Below, in pieces: positions 49,401-58,187 of a stretch of 64,000 nt of DNA. The notes below the pieces were generated by a model. It saw only the letters and a list, made by a program, of their open reading frames with translations. It searched no databases and was not told the origin of the DNA. Position numbers and translations under genes: made by a program. How positions within the stretch are numbered: the first letter of the stretch is position 1; each line of letters starts with the position of its first letter. The stretch is from an uncultured virus (IMG/VR IMGVR_UViG_3300042554_003148) (lineage: Duplodnaviria; Heunggongvirae; Uroviricota; Caudoviricetes), in IMG/VR virus record IMGVR_UViG_3300042554_003148; one strand, given 5' to 3'.

Positions 49401-51590
49401 TGGATCCGGTTTAATCGGAGGCGGAGGTTTTCCTATTCCTCCCGGCCCCGTTGACGGAAAAGAAGTTGATATTGGTGACAAATATCGTCCTCTAACATCT
49501 TTAGGAAAAAATTGATTGGGAGTATTGTTTAGATCGGGGCTCATTAGACCAACAAGACTAGTAACATAAAATGTTTTAATCTTAACAAATGTGCCGTATG
49601 GAGTTATAATCGTGCATTTTATTTGATACCTTCCTGTAGAATATGGAGCAACATAAACTTCTGGCCCATGAGACAATGATTCAAAGCCAACAACTTGTCC
49701 AGTATAATCTTTTATAGTTTGTTGAACCTGAGATGTATCAGAAAATAATTGTGGGCCACCTTTAGTAGATATAGATAAAATAATATCATTAATAAATAAT
49801 ACTGGTGGTCCACTAACTTTTTCCCATTTACACACAAAATCTTTTCTGACTAATATATCAGAAGGATTATTCTCATCCTCTGCTGTTTTATAAGAATCTA
49901 TATCCAGAGTTTCTGGTAAAACTCTTAATAGAATTAGATCCGATAGATTACTAGTGTAGTTTAATCCTAGCACCGATCCATCTTTATATTTAAAAACGCA
50001 TGTATTTGGACTATTGTCATTTTTAATGTTATTGTATTCTGGTAAACTTGGATCATTAGTAGATTTAGCAAGAACTAGGTTGATTTTATTGATTTTTTCA
50101 TTATATTTAATAATTGGTCTAGCAGAATCCCATAGCATCAGGTCTGATCTGGGAATAATATTTGCTGGTACTTTAGGATTTTGTTTAAACTTTAAACCAA
50201 TTCTTGATTTTGTTTCAGCATAATTTGTATCTATACTTAGATCGCCAACCTCTATGCTTTGATTAGTATATAATATAGCATTTTTTACTTCGGACTTGAC
50301 AATATATTCACCAAACTGATCTACTCTAACATTCGCTCCGTATTCTAATGGTTTATTAGATGTTACAACCCCTTCTGCTCCTAGTATAAGTTTAGATCCA
50401 TATTTTTGTACTAATTTTTGTTTTAATCCTACTGTGTTATATATAATATTATTATTTAAATTTCTAGTATTATCATCATTATCGGTAGAACTTAGCTTAC
50501 TGAAATATGAACTTATTTTATTAAGACATTCTATCGTAGACTGTAAATGACCAATGCCTGTTGATACATAGTTATTATTTATGAAAATATTTACGAACTC
50601 CATTACTTCTTTAGTATATAATCTACTAATACTAAATTCATCTATAAATGGACTGGTAGCAATATATTTAGATAAATTTTTATAGCTTCTTGCTGTATGT
50701 GTTTGTCTATAAGATTCTCTTCTCTTTAGATCAAATGTTAATTTATGATATATAGCATTATATGCTTGATATAAAGATGGCGAGCAAAAAGAACGAGGAG
50801 CAATGCCAGGAAATTGTGCCATATATTCATCAAAATTTATATAATAACTATATACATCGCCATCTGGAATCCATAAAAGATATTTGCTTTGTCCTATAAC
50901 TATGTCGCTATATGTGCTTACGCTACTTGATGTAGAAACACCCATACGATTTTCTTCAACAAAAATATCACTATCTAAAAATAATGCATTATTACCAATA
51001 GTAGATAATTTAACATAATTATTTTTGCTGTCTCCATAATTAAATTCTATATATTCGCTATTTATAAACTTGCTAGATGTTTTATTTGGATCGTTAGTTT
51101 CATATAGAGTTTCTTCATCAATTTTAACGAATGATCTTGATGTGTTAAAAAGCTTAACTCTTGCATTATTTGGAAACTCAGATAATTTTTTACCAGTTTT
51201 GGACGGAACGATTCTTTTAAACCAGCACATTAGACCATGTACTGGAAAATAAGATATATTTTGTCTATTTAGAGTCCAATCTGTTGACATATATCCATTT
51301 GTTTTCCAAAAATTAAACTTTGGATTAATAATCTTTAAGAAATTTTGTATACCTAAAATATTATTTTCATTATTATATCCTGAAACATATCCTTTATCTA
51401 ACAATAGGGTGTTGTCGATAGTACTATTATCTTTAGTTATAAAAAGAGGGGTCCATACATTATCCGCAGCTTCAGTGGTGCTGATCAGATTATTTAGAAT
51501 ATCGTTCCTCACACTAGCAGCATTAATACTGTTTTTTTGATCTATCAAATCTTCTAAAAAGGTTTTATCGTATATAATACAATTATTCAT
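43410..51590 (-). CDS. giant 2726-aa virion (tail/baseplate-like) protein with PKD-like and P-domain-like segments
   Basis: WEKVSGP...GRYQIKCTI (PKD-like), IKDIEVKLNF..TKDL...CSWELLL (proprotein-convertase P-like) and a Gly-rich hydrophobic hairpin. A structural role is inferred from size and context. Confidence 0.65.
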   Translation of the reverse strand: MNNCIIYDKTFLEDLIDQKNSINAASVRNDILNNLISTTEAADNVWTPLFITKDNSTIDNTLLLDKGYVSGYNNENNILGIQNFLKIINPKFNFWKTNGYMSTDWTLNRQNISYFPVHGLMCWFKRIVPSKTGKKLSEFPNNARVKLFNTSRSFVKIDEETLYETNDPNKTSSKFINSEYIEFNYGDSKNNYVKLSTIGNNALFLDSDIFVEENRMGVSTSSSVSTYSDIVIGQSKYLLWIPDGDVYSYYINFDEYMAQFPGIAPRSFCSPSLYQAYNAIYHKLTFDLKRRESYRQTHTARSYKNLSKYIATSPFIDEFSISRLYTKEVMEFVNIFINNNYVSTGIGHLQSTIECLNKISSYFSKLSSTDNDDNTRNLNNNIIYNTVGLKQKLVQKYGSKLILGAEGVVTSNKPLEYGANVRVDQFGEYIVKSEVKNAILYTNQSIEVGDLSIDTNYAETKSRIGLKFKQNPKVPANIIPRSDLMLWDSARPIIKYNEKINKINLVLAKSTNDPSLPEYNNIKNDNSPNTCVFKYKDGSVLGLNYTSNLSDLILLRVLPETLDIDSYKTAEDENNPSDILVRKDFVCKWEKVSGPPVLFINDIILSISTKGGPQLFSDTSQVQQTIKDYTGQVVGFESLSHGPEVYVAPYSTGRYQIKCTIITPYGTFVKIKTFYVTSLVGLMSPDLNNTPNQFFPKDVRGRYLSPISTSFPSTGPGGIGKPPPPIKPDPADIEYIIDREKHDIILNSKNLRVHTPIINSIAIHGRGLALPIAMTSDIKVLKSRPEKLINNTLYYLEDYYGGPIKDGKADSSYKYDQSSNIILRYFSDANIQYRLDKIKLEHIRHHSDPKCANCFSLYSTDLYGSRGNWIRGKGSTLDGWENNTYHYRSWGGALDKENNETFSTDFSPKIKSYGGWDNEIINNIGISIPNHPDPGTVFPAITGKPLNYKSDKPSLDPPYFAEGFKYCFEDIIPDNSDKYIDFKKGVFHPQSGWISYDSPLHSGIENLSSVLKFNVGARESYSFSGPSINNIQNDSYIYSGNNLFIIPIQFKSSIEIGIAEGAQWIQESIQCGGTTPCRSDSPPHWVWLNQIHREYGDQDIPSANGKAYDHGYRILRGGDPKRYEARSYDNFSPFMDEFGFISDSENNRFKYLFPVSGPRYPPGPIPEDIVKYMSKARRSNPNCIKDNGEQPANYYENLPNPTGTWKGFRNPRVLNFSIKDIEVKLNFLNYVNTKDLSIVFDSKPCLDELYRIGGGERYKSPIAGGSIFIDQTIQSDFDSLAAPQDWPLNPININNSDLTQYLYSLSNMNTRFTKTSVAGISVPYKEPTSNPHLYLLNQEYIQNHSFNLSLKFSDHANKYNVVNDHNYNNSSGYVAANYQNIINTDDIIKPSICPFGYSDQEVNIYHNAVTANKLNITNNTFSKYAGKPMFDSTVRCPPRGGAGIKGTKGPNKNDVTFFTCAITLYDEHDDMLPNDNTINSQLYTNIYDFTNKINSSSLYSSLCSWELLLHFGDTKKPTAPILSSLNSYGNNEALSLIEYGKPPQYGGYGFMANLKNYKHMMPFVNINAPNIFFQDNTICEASDPELIGNIKGIPGVEFPWLAILAATYAYTGAVGLGGAGGLGGIMAGLGGGDIAMSIAVGQIVNYFNAQRAQDFRQAIANDIYHQDYKRYPFGSPEKILINFSKDNIFWYKAEASIFKYANSPILPYKKYNYIRLNKDTLPELSRFSVKVVENIKDLLEEKSIKELTIGCTEFNAVSGPLTYNNISYHTDDIVDVRFSSTDSSNVCVDGLYFVPTTGKWVSLAQKPSILCEKSDYITRNHVLYNDLPDTEYSIFKNLYSDINQKKLIMIDGTVPFEIFTFKDIVQVSGQNIAPDAIIDVNLIDGPTGETPSVTPTSTQPDQPVAPADTTPKYTTKILGKALIYKDKKPYTILKVDRLDMDKADFISPDNNVIVVFGLSSSTDLKNNPVNMYAFEKESLNRPHPEVYNTTNSYGSYGDGSYTINKNILSQIPMYNNIEKIGNMFNNHKSDRLLYNKMFFTKEQSEQINSLKYVGASVAYPHKLNDVITVVDNNSKYIVNNPANSTTLDNLLSNSKYFSFNNVDFNNIHLTYIRNNNFRDSSMVPYPSGYISIENDYEEKPPIEATDINGDPISNEVFQNLITRLNLLENTNVNLEVESNIGVNTIVATNKVIESYNLSYIYRHYESLTEYNSNKKISELALRVFYQERNDILKLLNETSDYQKARITIKNKTSIISGKIARENIESITVLESVVVDDITTFKENTILKEDIVSITRDFERTRHGIKPQILAKIKTFRPFDRLSLLAFQIEYEYDNDNYWINLDPHQGCSIAEELRPKVLKSITYVCRPANYIQGIYGMPQLAINNICNHKRGSILENEEDDPDGINYSKGSTSGFRSGPYETYKYTIGENIVNKNKTNLEKKATAAGLPIKWEEVTIKRNYHINGNAAGMDTINSYKEIMVTAIETYDVLLSPLEIKDNKADKTNSTQDADVLDIGNLPGGVGGGDPDDPSPPPPDDGNFVSSLPPPGETIGASVPQKSVDGFGLLTLGGIRAGQSMKIYNVCNLDNVNNLKIKFRKIPRQLRGLDIYSTVYRYGPTGLFRPGKRNQISDILDPYEIVEAGSVSGSSFQPILNNNIYYWKCMEIEDTKLVPSTTPLFFQLMNEMMYRTFYGSIDRIENKGTILKSQFLWEMIPYEFFTNTPPPREK

Positions 51591-54500
51591 ACTTTAGTTG
51601 CCGATAATGTCCATTTTCCATTAATAAATATAAAAATACCTTTACTTCCAGCAGAGGCCGATAGTTCCAAAGGATTATCAAAATTTACTACAAGTAAAGG
51701 AACTGATGCTGATCTTCGTCCTTGAATATGATGCAGCCTAACGCTTGCAGAATTTCCAGACCCTATTGTTCCTATAGCCATTACTGATGGTTTGCTCAAA
51801 GGTTCATAAAATCCACTTAATCTATCGTATCTACACAACAGTTTAGTTCCTTTTGGAGCAGTATATCCTGTTTTGTCTACTACATATACTAATCTTCTAT
51901 ATCCATTTTGCAATGGTTCTTTATTATATTCTATATCATCTATAAATGCTCTAGTAGAATATGTGCTATCATAATCGTCTTCTTTAATCATATCGCTTTC
52001 TAGTGTTACATAAACATTCCTATACGGACATTTATTATCTGTTTTATTTGCTAAAAATTCTTGTAAAGAGGCTTGATCTGTTTTATTAGTAACTATAAAT
52101 GGTGGCAAAATTTCTTCTTTGCATCCTCCTCCACTAGCGTCCCACACTCTTCTTTGCGAATCCCATCTTAAATCTATTGGGCCAACAGGCCATAAGTCTG
52201 GTTTTTGAGCCCAATTACGATAAAAATATTTGGATTTAGTACTTTTTTTAGTCCATTTACCAGTTCCTTCGCCGATCCCTGTTCCCGAGCCAGACCATGT
52301 ATATGCTTGTGTGATAATATCGCCTAAAGGAGTTATTCCATATTGTGATGATGATGGGAGTAATGCTCCGGGTGCTTCTAAATTATTTTTACCAAAATTT
52401 TTATCACCAGTTGTATCAACCAGTCTGAATCTTAAAACTAGACCATTATCATCAATATGATATGGCATATCATGAGCGTTCGGCGCAGGATATCCTTCTG
52501 TATCAAATCCCCAAGAGTGTAGCATTAGCGGTCCTCGCAAAGCCATAAATCTTTGATTATTTAGTATAAATACATTATCTGTTGCTTGTTTATCCATATC
52601 ATATCTATAATAGTCTTTATTAATATTATCTTTTCTAATATTATTATAGAGCACAAAATTATTACCATTCGTTTGAGGATTGTCTCCTCTGCCAATAGCC
52701 ATTATGGAGTGTCTACAAATATCATCTGGTAAAGCATAAGGATTCCTAAATTCGCCACTTGGTACCACTATGGGATTTAAACTATATAAATTAACATCTG
52801 GTAATGATGTTTTTTTAGTTGGGTCTTTATCATTCTTTTTGATATCTAATTTAGCCTTGGAGCATACGGAGCATGGTATTCTTAAAGGCGTAGACAATTC
52901 TGTACCATCTAAATTATAGATTAAGGTCTCTCTAGTATTAAGACACTTAGGACATGCTAAATCATATGTAAAATTATTATAAGATAGTTTTAAGTTTTGT
53001 TCACCACCAAAAAATGTTCCACTACCACTAACCAAAGTACTTAAAGGATAGGTTCCATTTTGTTTAGTTGGATAAAAAGAAACAGGTGACAATATTCCAT
53101 CAAGACTCATAGCGGATTTAGAAGAATAGTCTTCAAATAATTCTGATCCAATTTCATCTCCAGTAATAATACCTGCCCAATGATGATTTCGTATACTATA
53201 ATAAACGCCAGAATAAAAAGCTTTATTTTGATCAGTACCATATGATGCATAATCCGAATATCTTAATGATTGTTCTCCATTATTATTTGTTATATTCCAA
53301 GCATCCGTAAATTTAACTCTATCTAAATGTTGTTGAGCTTGACTGATAATTAACTCAACCGGACTTGTGCCGTAAAATCTAGTACGTCTATCATCAACCT
53401 TGTAAGCTTCTCTTGAAGATCTTGCTTTAGCTAATATATCAAGTCTTTCTAGTAGAGCTTTATTTGATAATCTTTTATTGATTGTGTTAATTTGTTGATT
53501 AATTTTACTAATATTATTATTTAGTGTTCTTGCTTTATCTGTTAATTCTTTATTAAATAATCCTGTTTTAGGATTATATGTTTGAAAACTATAACTAGTT
53601 TTTATACCATCGTTGGAGGTTTGAATACTAATATTACTAATAACCGGAAATCCATAATCATTAGAACTATTAACTACTATACTAGTATATCTTAAAGTAG
53701 AATTTAGATTAGCATCATAAAATATAGAATTTTTTGAAGATATACCATATAATGTATTGTCAAAAGTAGAATTTCTATTTACTCCTAATATATTAGGATT
53801 GAATGATCCGCCTATACCAAATATTGGTGGACCAACTATTGAGACTCTTCCGTTCTCAAGAACAGACTGATAGTTAACATCATATGCTATATTAAAATTA
53901 ACAACATTTTCTAAAAATCTTATACCTCCATATTTCCATGGAACATAGTCGCTATTTTGTTCTACTTTAATATTTCCAAATAAATTATCAGATATATTAG
54001 GATTAAGCATAATCGAAGGATCATTGGCCCATGGGCCGTAAACTCTATTGTTGCTCTTTATTGGTATGCCAGCAAAAAGTGGGGTTGCCATCCTTGGTTT
54101 AATAACATCATGTTTGGTTGCTTGATTGCTAGAGGCCCCTTTGACAACTATAAAATCTTGACTGATTACAGGTAATCTATATTGTTCTAAATAATCTATA
54201 TAAAAACGAAATTCTTGCATTTCTTCTTCTGAATATTCATATCTATTTTGATTTTTCTTTGATTTACCCTTTTCTTTTGGCTCTCTTTCTTCAGCATCGT
54301 CCGCTTCTTTCTTGGCCTGTTTAACAATACCAAGATTAGCTAATATAGCTAAATCTTCTTCGGCAACATTAGCAATCACAGTTAATGATGGATCAGCAGT
54401 ATAGCTATTACTTATGCTCATAACCTCTATACCTGGACTCTCAACAATAGCTCTACAGTCTGTAAGATTAATAGGATTAAGAAATACTAATTGCGAACAT

Positions 54501-54856
54501 TGTGCAGAAATATATAACTTTGCTCCTGGAACAAATCGATCATAAGGATCATAGTTATTATTTTTTCTAATTAAAATAAAATCTTCATCTGTTAATGTAT
54601 TAATATTTACAGACGGTTGTAGTAATGGACAAAAACTATCCTCTTCATCTTCACTAACTGGTATAACTACATTATTATCAATTCTTTGACCAGTATCTGC
54701 TGTCGATGTTTTTTCCCAAGCCTGAATCCTACTCTTATCTGCGTCACTAACTCTATCTTCCTTCAGTGCTGTTACTAATTCATCTTTAGCTTCCTGTAGT
54801 TCTTTTTCAGCTTTACTAAGTTCTTCTTTTAATTCTGCTATAGTTTGTTCTGCCAT
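51587..54856 (-). CDS. large putative structural (tail) protein
   Basis: 1089-aa ORF coupled to the downstream gene; N-terminal coiled coil and CPKC...CSVC. Confidence 0.65.
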   Translation of the reverse strand: MAEQTIAELKEELSKAEKELQEAKDELVTALKEDRVSDADKSRIQAWEKTSTADTGQRIDNNVVIPVSEDEEDSFCPLLQPSVNINTLTDEDFILIRKNNNYDPYDRFVPGAKLYISAQCSQLVFLNPINLTDCRAIVESPGIEVMSISNSYTADPSLTVIANVAEEDLAILANLGIVKQAKKEADDAEEREPKEKGKSKKNQNRYEYSEEEMQEFRFYIDYLEQYRLPVISQDFIVVKGASSNQATKHDVIKPRMATPLFAGIPIKSNNRVYGPWANDPSIMLNPNISDNLFGNIKVEQNSDYVPWKYGGIRFLENVVNFNIAYDVNYQSVLENGRVSIVGPPIFGIGGSFNPNILGVNRNSTFDNTLYGISSKNSIFYDANLNSTLRYTSIVVNSSNDYGFPVISNISIQTSNDGIKTSYSFQTYNPKTGLFNKELTDKARTLNNNISKINQQINTINKRLSNKALLERLDILAKARSSREAYKVDDRRTRFYGTSPVELIISQAQQHLDRVKFTDAWNITNNNGEQSLRYSDYASYGTDQNKAFYSGVYYSIRNHHWAGIITGDEIGSELFEDYSSKSAMSLDGILSPVSFYPTKQNGTYPLSTLVSGSGTFFGGEQNLKLSYNNFTYDLACPKCLNTRETLIYNLDGTELSTPLRIPCSVCSKAKLDIKKNDKDPTKKTSLPDVNLYSLNPIVVPSGEFRNPYALPDDICRHSIMAIGRGDNPQTNGNNFVLYNNIRKDNINKDYYRYDMDKQATDNVFILNNQRFMALRGPLMLHSWGFDTEGYPAPNAHDMPYHIDDNGLVLRFRLVDTTGDKNFGKNNLEAPGALLPSSSQYGITPLGDIITQAYTWSGSGTGIGEGTGKWTKKSTKSKYFYRNWAQKPDLWPVGPIDLRWDSQRRVWDASGGGCKEEILPPFIVTNKTDQASLQEFLANKTDNKCPYRNVYVTLESDMIKEDDYDSTYSTRAFIDDIEYNKEPLQNGYRRLVYVVDKTGYTAPKGTKLLCRYDRLSGFYEPLSKPSVMAIGTIGSGNSASVRLHHIQGRRSASVPLLVVNFDNPLELSASAGSKGIFIFINGKWTLSATKV

Positions 54857-54861
54857 AGTTA

Positions 54862-57800
54862 TTATTCTTTTGGTTTTTTAGCATCTTCTGGTTTTGGTTG
54901 ATTCTTTTTATTTATTGCATCATTTAAAGAACGAATTTTATATTTAAGATTATCAATTTTTCCTTGTAAATCACGAACTGTTGGATCTGATGCATAATTA
55001 CTTCTATCGATAGCATTAGTTTTGGTGCGTTTTGTTATGATTGCTTTTTTTGTATTATTATCTAATTTAGCCCACGAACACGTAACATCATCAATATTTG
55101 GACTAACATTGTATCCTAGAATAGGTCCCAACAAACCATCATCATTTCTAAGGGCGTGCCAATAATTATCGCCAAAAACAAAACTATCATCAATATAATT
55201 GCCTGGCTCTTCCCAGCCACCATCCGCTATTTCAAAATTATATCTTATATTTTGACTACCATGATAAACAAAAAATGATGACGTTGTGCCAGGAATAGCT
55301 ATATCTATATAAGCTGTATCTTTATAAGCATATACGTCTGGCATTTTAACCATATATTGTTTACCATAGTATTTACTAGCTATAGTTTGAATAAAACCAT
55401 GAATAAGTTGTAAATCTTTAATAAAATTATGATTAAGATATAAATCCCAATTCATTTGCATTTTAGAATGCAAAGCATTTCTTGGCTCGGCCATATGCCC
55501 ATCTTCTGCTATACTAGGACTAGATAAGTTAGTACCAGCTCCTCCCATACCACCACCCAGATTAACTGTGGATATTGGCTCACCAGGCAATGGTGGCGGT
55601 TTTGCTTCCAAAAAGATATTTTTAGCCTTATAAGCATTTACTAACATAACAAAAAGATCAGGCTTACTAAAATAAGATTTACCTAAACAATATGTCAAAT
55701 ATTCATCAAATCCAGAGCATCTTAACTCTGTTTCTTTAATTGTAAATCCAGCGGATTTATATTCAAGAGTTCTTACAACATTTCTATCACTTTCTGCTGC
55801 TGGAGTTGAACTACTGTCTGATGATCCGGAACCATCGTCTGATGATCCGGAACCATCGTCTGATGATCCGGAACCATCGTCTGATGATTGTTCTTGTTGG
55901 GCATCAGCAGCATCTTCGTCTCTCTTTTGAGCATTCGGATTATTATTATCTTCTCCTCTATTATTCCATCCTGGCTCTTCATCACTCATTTTTGGTCTTT
56001 CAAGCTCCGGAGAATCAGTAGACGGACTTGTTTCTTCACCCTGTTCTTCCTCGTCCTCTTGCGCAATAAAAAGCGGTGTAAAAGTTATTATATTTTGGGC
56101 AGATTGTTCCGAAGATGGTGATGGAGGGGGCGGAGGAGGCGGAGACGACCCACGGTTATTTACAGATACTCCTATCTCAGGAATAGCAGTGGAGCTACCT
56201 TGAAAACCTACTCCAGATAATTTATCCGGAGCCCCGCTTCCTTCGCTATCACTATTTGATCCATTCGGTGGACTATTCTCTGTTTCTTTTTGTTCTTCTT
56301 CTGTTCCTCCTTCACTATCGTCATTTTTTTTCTCATCATCTGATGCATCGTCGGTTTCACCGCTAGCATCTTCTGATTTTGGTGTTGAAGAAGTTTTTTC
56401 ATTGTCACTAGTAGAAGCTACGCTTCCATCGTACATAGACAATGGTTCGCCTATTGATAATGATGGTAATTCATTAAGGTCAAAAGCAATAGTAATCTGA
56501 TTTGTCCAAGTATCTAAATATACTGGTCTGACAAATCTAAAAATATTAGAATCAGAAGTTGATCCGTATGTAACGTCTAGTTTTGTGCCAAAGTATGGAC
56601 AAATAACATCTCTGAATAATGGTATAAATCTTGTGCCAGGATTATTACGAAATATTCTTGTTAAAAAATAATTACCACCTATTACGCTTTCTGGTCTACC
56701 TATTTCGGCATCTCCCCAATAAGGATCAATAGTTATATTATTTATTTTATTTGATCTTAGAAATGGATTTCTAATTTTTGATATTGATCGTCTATTATTA
56801 ATAAATCTTTTAACTATAGGATTCCATATATAATTATTTTGTGCATAAGCTAATCTGTAGGTTTTTGCTTGATAAAATCTTTGTTGATTGCCTCCAAAAA
56901 CTACTTTTCTAATACTATTCTGATTTGTCTCTTGTCCAAATGAGCTATTTTCAACATTAAATCCAGATGTTTCTAAATTCGATACAACTGCTGGAATCTG
57001 ATATGTTGGATTATATTGAGTTCTATTAACAGTAACAACTTTAATAATAAATTCTATACCACCATTAGCTTTAACCGGCACAACAACTGTTAAAAAATCT
57101 AATCCAGTATCTTCTACAATCGTTGATATAAATTCTGATAGGCTTTTATCTGGACTACCAGATATTCTGTAGTCATAGGGAGGAGTGGGTAAACTACTTA
57201 AATCAAGAGAAAAAGAGTTATATGGTAATGATGTAAATCCTCTTCCAGGGCCAGCAGCAGTTATTACGCCAAAAGTATTCATTGTTGTTAAATGTGGTTC
57301 ATTAACACCATTATAATTAATACCAACTCTTCTAATACTTTTTGATAAAATTCTACCAAATGGAGAATATGATCCATCCTCGTCTCTGGCTCCTCCATCA
57401 ACATTAGCGGTTAATGCATGTATACTATCTATAATAGCTTTGGCACTAATCCCATTTTCATTTAATGCAGCACCACCGAATCTGTTATATCCCATGCTTT
57501 CTAAAAATCCATAAACATTAAAAATATTAGCAATATTACCTTGAGATAATCTAGCATTTTTTGCACTAGTTACGGCCCCATCAAAATCTTGTAAGATTAT
57601 TTTAGAATTATCCAATAAACTATCGAAAGATTCTATTTGTACGCTATATGTTACTCCTCCTGGTCTATTATTTCTTTCCCAACTTCTTACTAATCCTATA
57701 AATTCAAAATTATCAAATTTAAAATATACTGGAGTATCAATAATATCATAAATATTAATTGGTCCATTTCTATTAACTGTTCCGTCCGGCTGCACATAAG

Positions 57801-58176
57801 TTCCTGTTGCAAAAAAACCAGGATCCTCATAAACCCAATAACTAGAAACAAAAGCGTTTCCAACCCATCTATAAAAAATCTTTCCGGGAGCATTTTTTTC
57901 TTTTTTTGTTAAGCTTGAACTATATGGATTACCAAATTCATCAACATAACAATCATCTCCTATGCAGTTATAGTAATGATTTAATGGATAACTATTGGCA
58001 TTATAATGAGGAATATTAGCAAAAATATTTGGTTGAAAATCTTCTATTAATTCTACTGTTAACGAACTAGCTTTTCCTCCCCATCCAACATTACTACTAA
58101 AAGATACTACACTAGCACCTAAGAATAAAGTCTGTGCCAAAACATTTTCTTTATAATTCTGACAATTAATCGGCAT
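54862..58176 (-). CDS. large putative tail/baseplate hub-like protein with acidic low-complexity insert
   Basis: FLGASVVSFSSNVGWGGKASSLTVELIED N-terminus and F.F.GLVRSW...YSVQI pattern; acidic insert at ~55790-56420. Confidence 0.65.
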   Translation of the reverse strand: MPINCQNYKENVLAQTLFLGASVVSFSSNVGWGGKASSLTVELIEDFQPNIFANIPHYNANSYPLNHYYNCIGDDCYVDEFGNPYSSSLTKKEKNAPGKIFYRWVGNAFVSSYWVYEDPGFFATGTYVQPDGTVNRNGPINIYDIIDTPVYFKFDNFEFIGLVRSWERNNRPGGVTYSVQIESFDSLLDNSKIILQDFDGAVTSAKNARLSQGNIANIFNVYGFLESMGYNRFGGAALNENGISAKAIIDSIHALTANVDGGARDEDGSYSPFGRILSKSIRRVGINYNGVNEPHLTTMNTFGVITAAGPGRGFTSLPYNSFSLDLSSLPTPPYDYRISGSPDKSLSEFISTIVEDTGLDFLTVVVPVKANGGIEFIIKVVTVNRTQYNPTYQIPAVVSNLETSGFNVENSSFGQETNQNSIRKVVFGGNQQRFYQAKTYRLAYAQNNYIWNPIVKRFINNRRSISKIRNPFLRSNKINNITIDPYWGDAEIGRPESVIGGNYFLTRIFRNNPGTRFIPLFRDVICPYFGTKLDVTYGSTSDSNIFRFVRPVYLDTWTNQITIAFDLNELPSLSIGEPLSMYDGSVASTSDNEKTSSTPKSEDASGETDDASDDEKKNDDSEGGTEEEQKETENSPPNGSNSDSEGSGAPDKLSGVGFQGSSTAIPEIGVSVNNRGSSPPPPPPPSPSSEQSAQNIITFTPLFIAQEDEEEQGEETSPSTDSPELERPKMSDEEPGWNNRGEDNNNPNAQKRDEDAADAQQEQSSDDGSGSSDDGSGSSDDGSGSSDSSSTPAAESDRNVVRTLEYKSAGFTIKETELRCSGFDEYLTYCLGKSYFSKPDLFVMLVNAYKAKNIFLEAKPPPLPGEPISTVNLGGGMGGAGTNLSSPSIAEDGHMAEPRNALHSKMQMNWDLYLNHNFIKDLQLIHGFIQTIASKYYGKQYMVKMPDVYAYKDTAYIDIAIPGTTSSFFVYHGSQNIRYNFEIADGGWEEPGNYIDDSFVFGDNYWHALRNDDGLLGPILGYNVSPNIDDVTCSWAKLDNNTKKAIITKRTKTNAIDRSNYASDPTVRDLQGKIDNLKYKIRSLNDAINKKNQPKPEDAKKPKE
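55816..55888 (-). repeat. 21-bp exact tandem repeat x3.5 (SSDDGSG)
   Basis: GTCTGATGATCCGGAACCATC at 55816, 55837 and 55858, with a partial copy at 55879. Confidence 0.92.
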
Positions 58177-58187
58177 AATATTTCCTA

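Noticed and set aside
55816..55888. 21-bp repeat (and the 36-bp repeat at 10341) as a mini-CRISPR
   Set aside because: The copies are head-to-tail with no spacers and are in frame within coding sequence.
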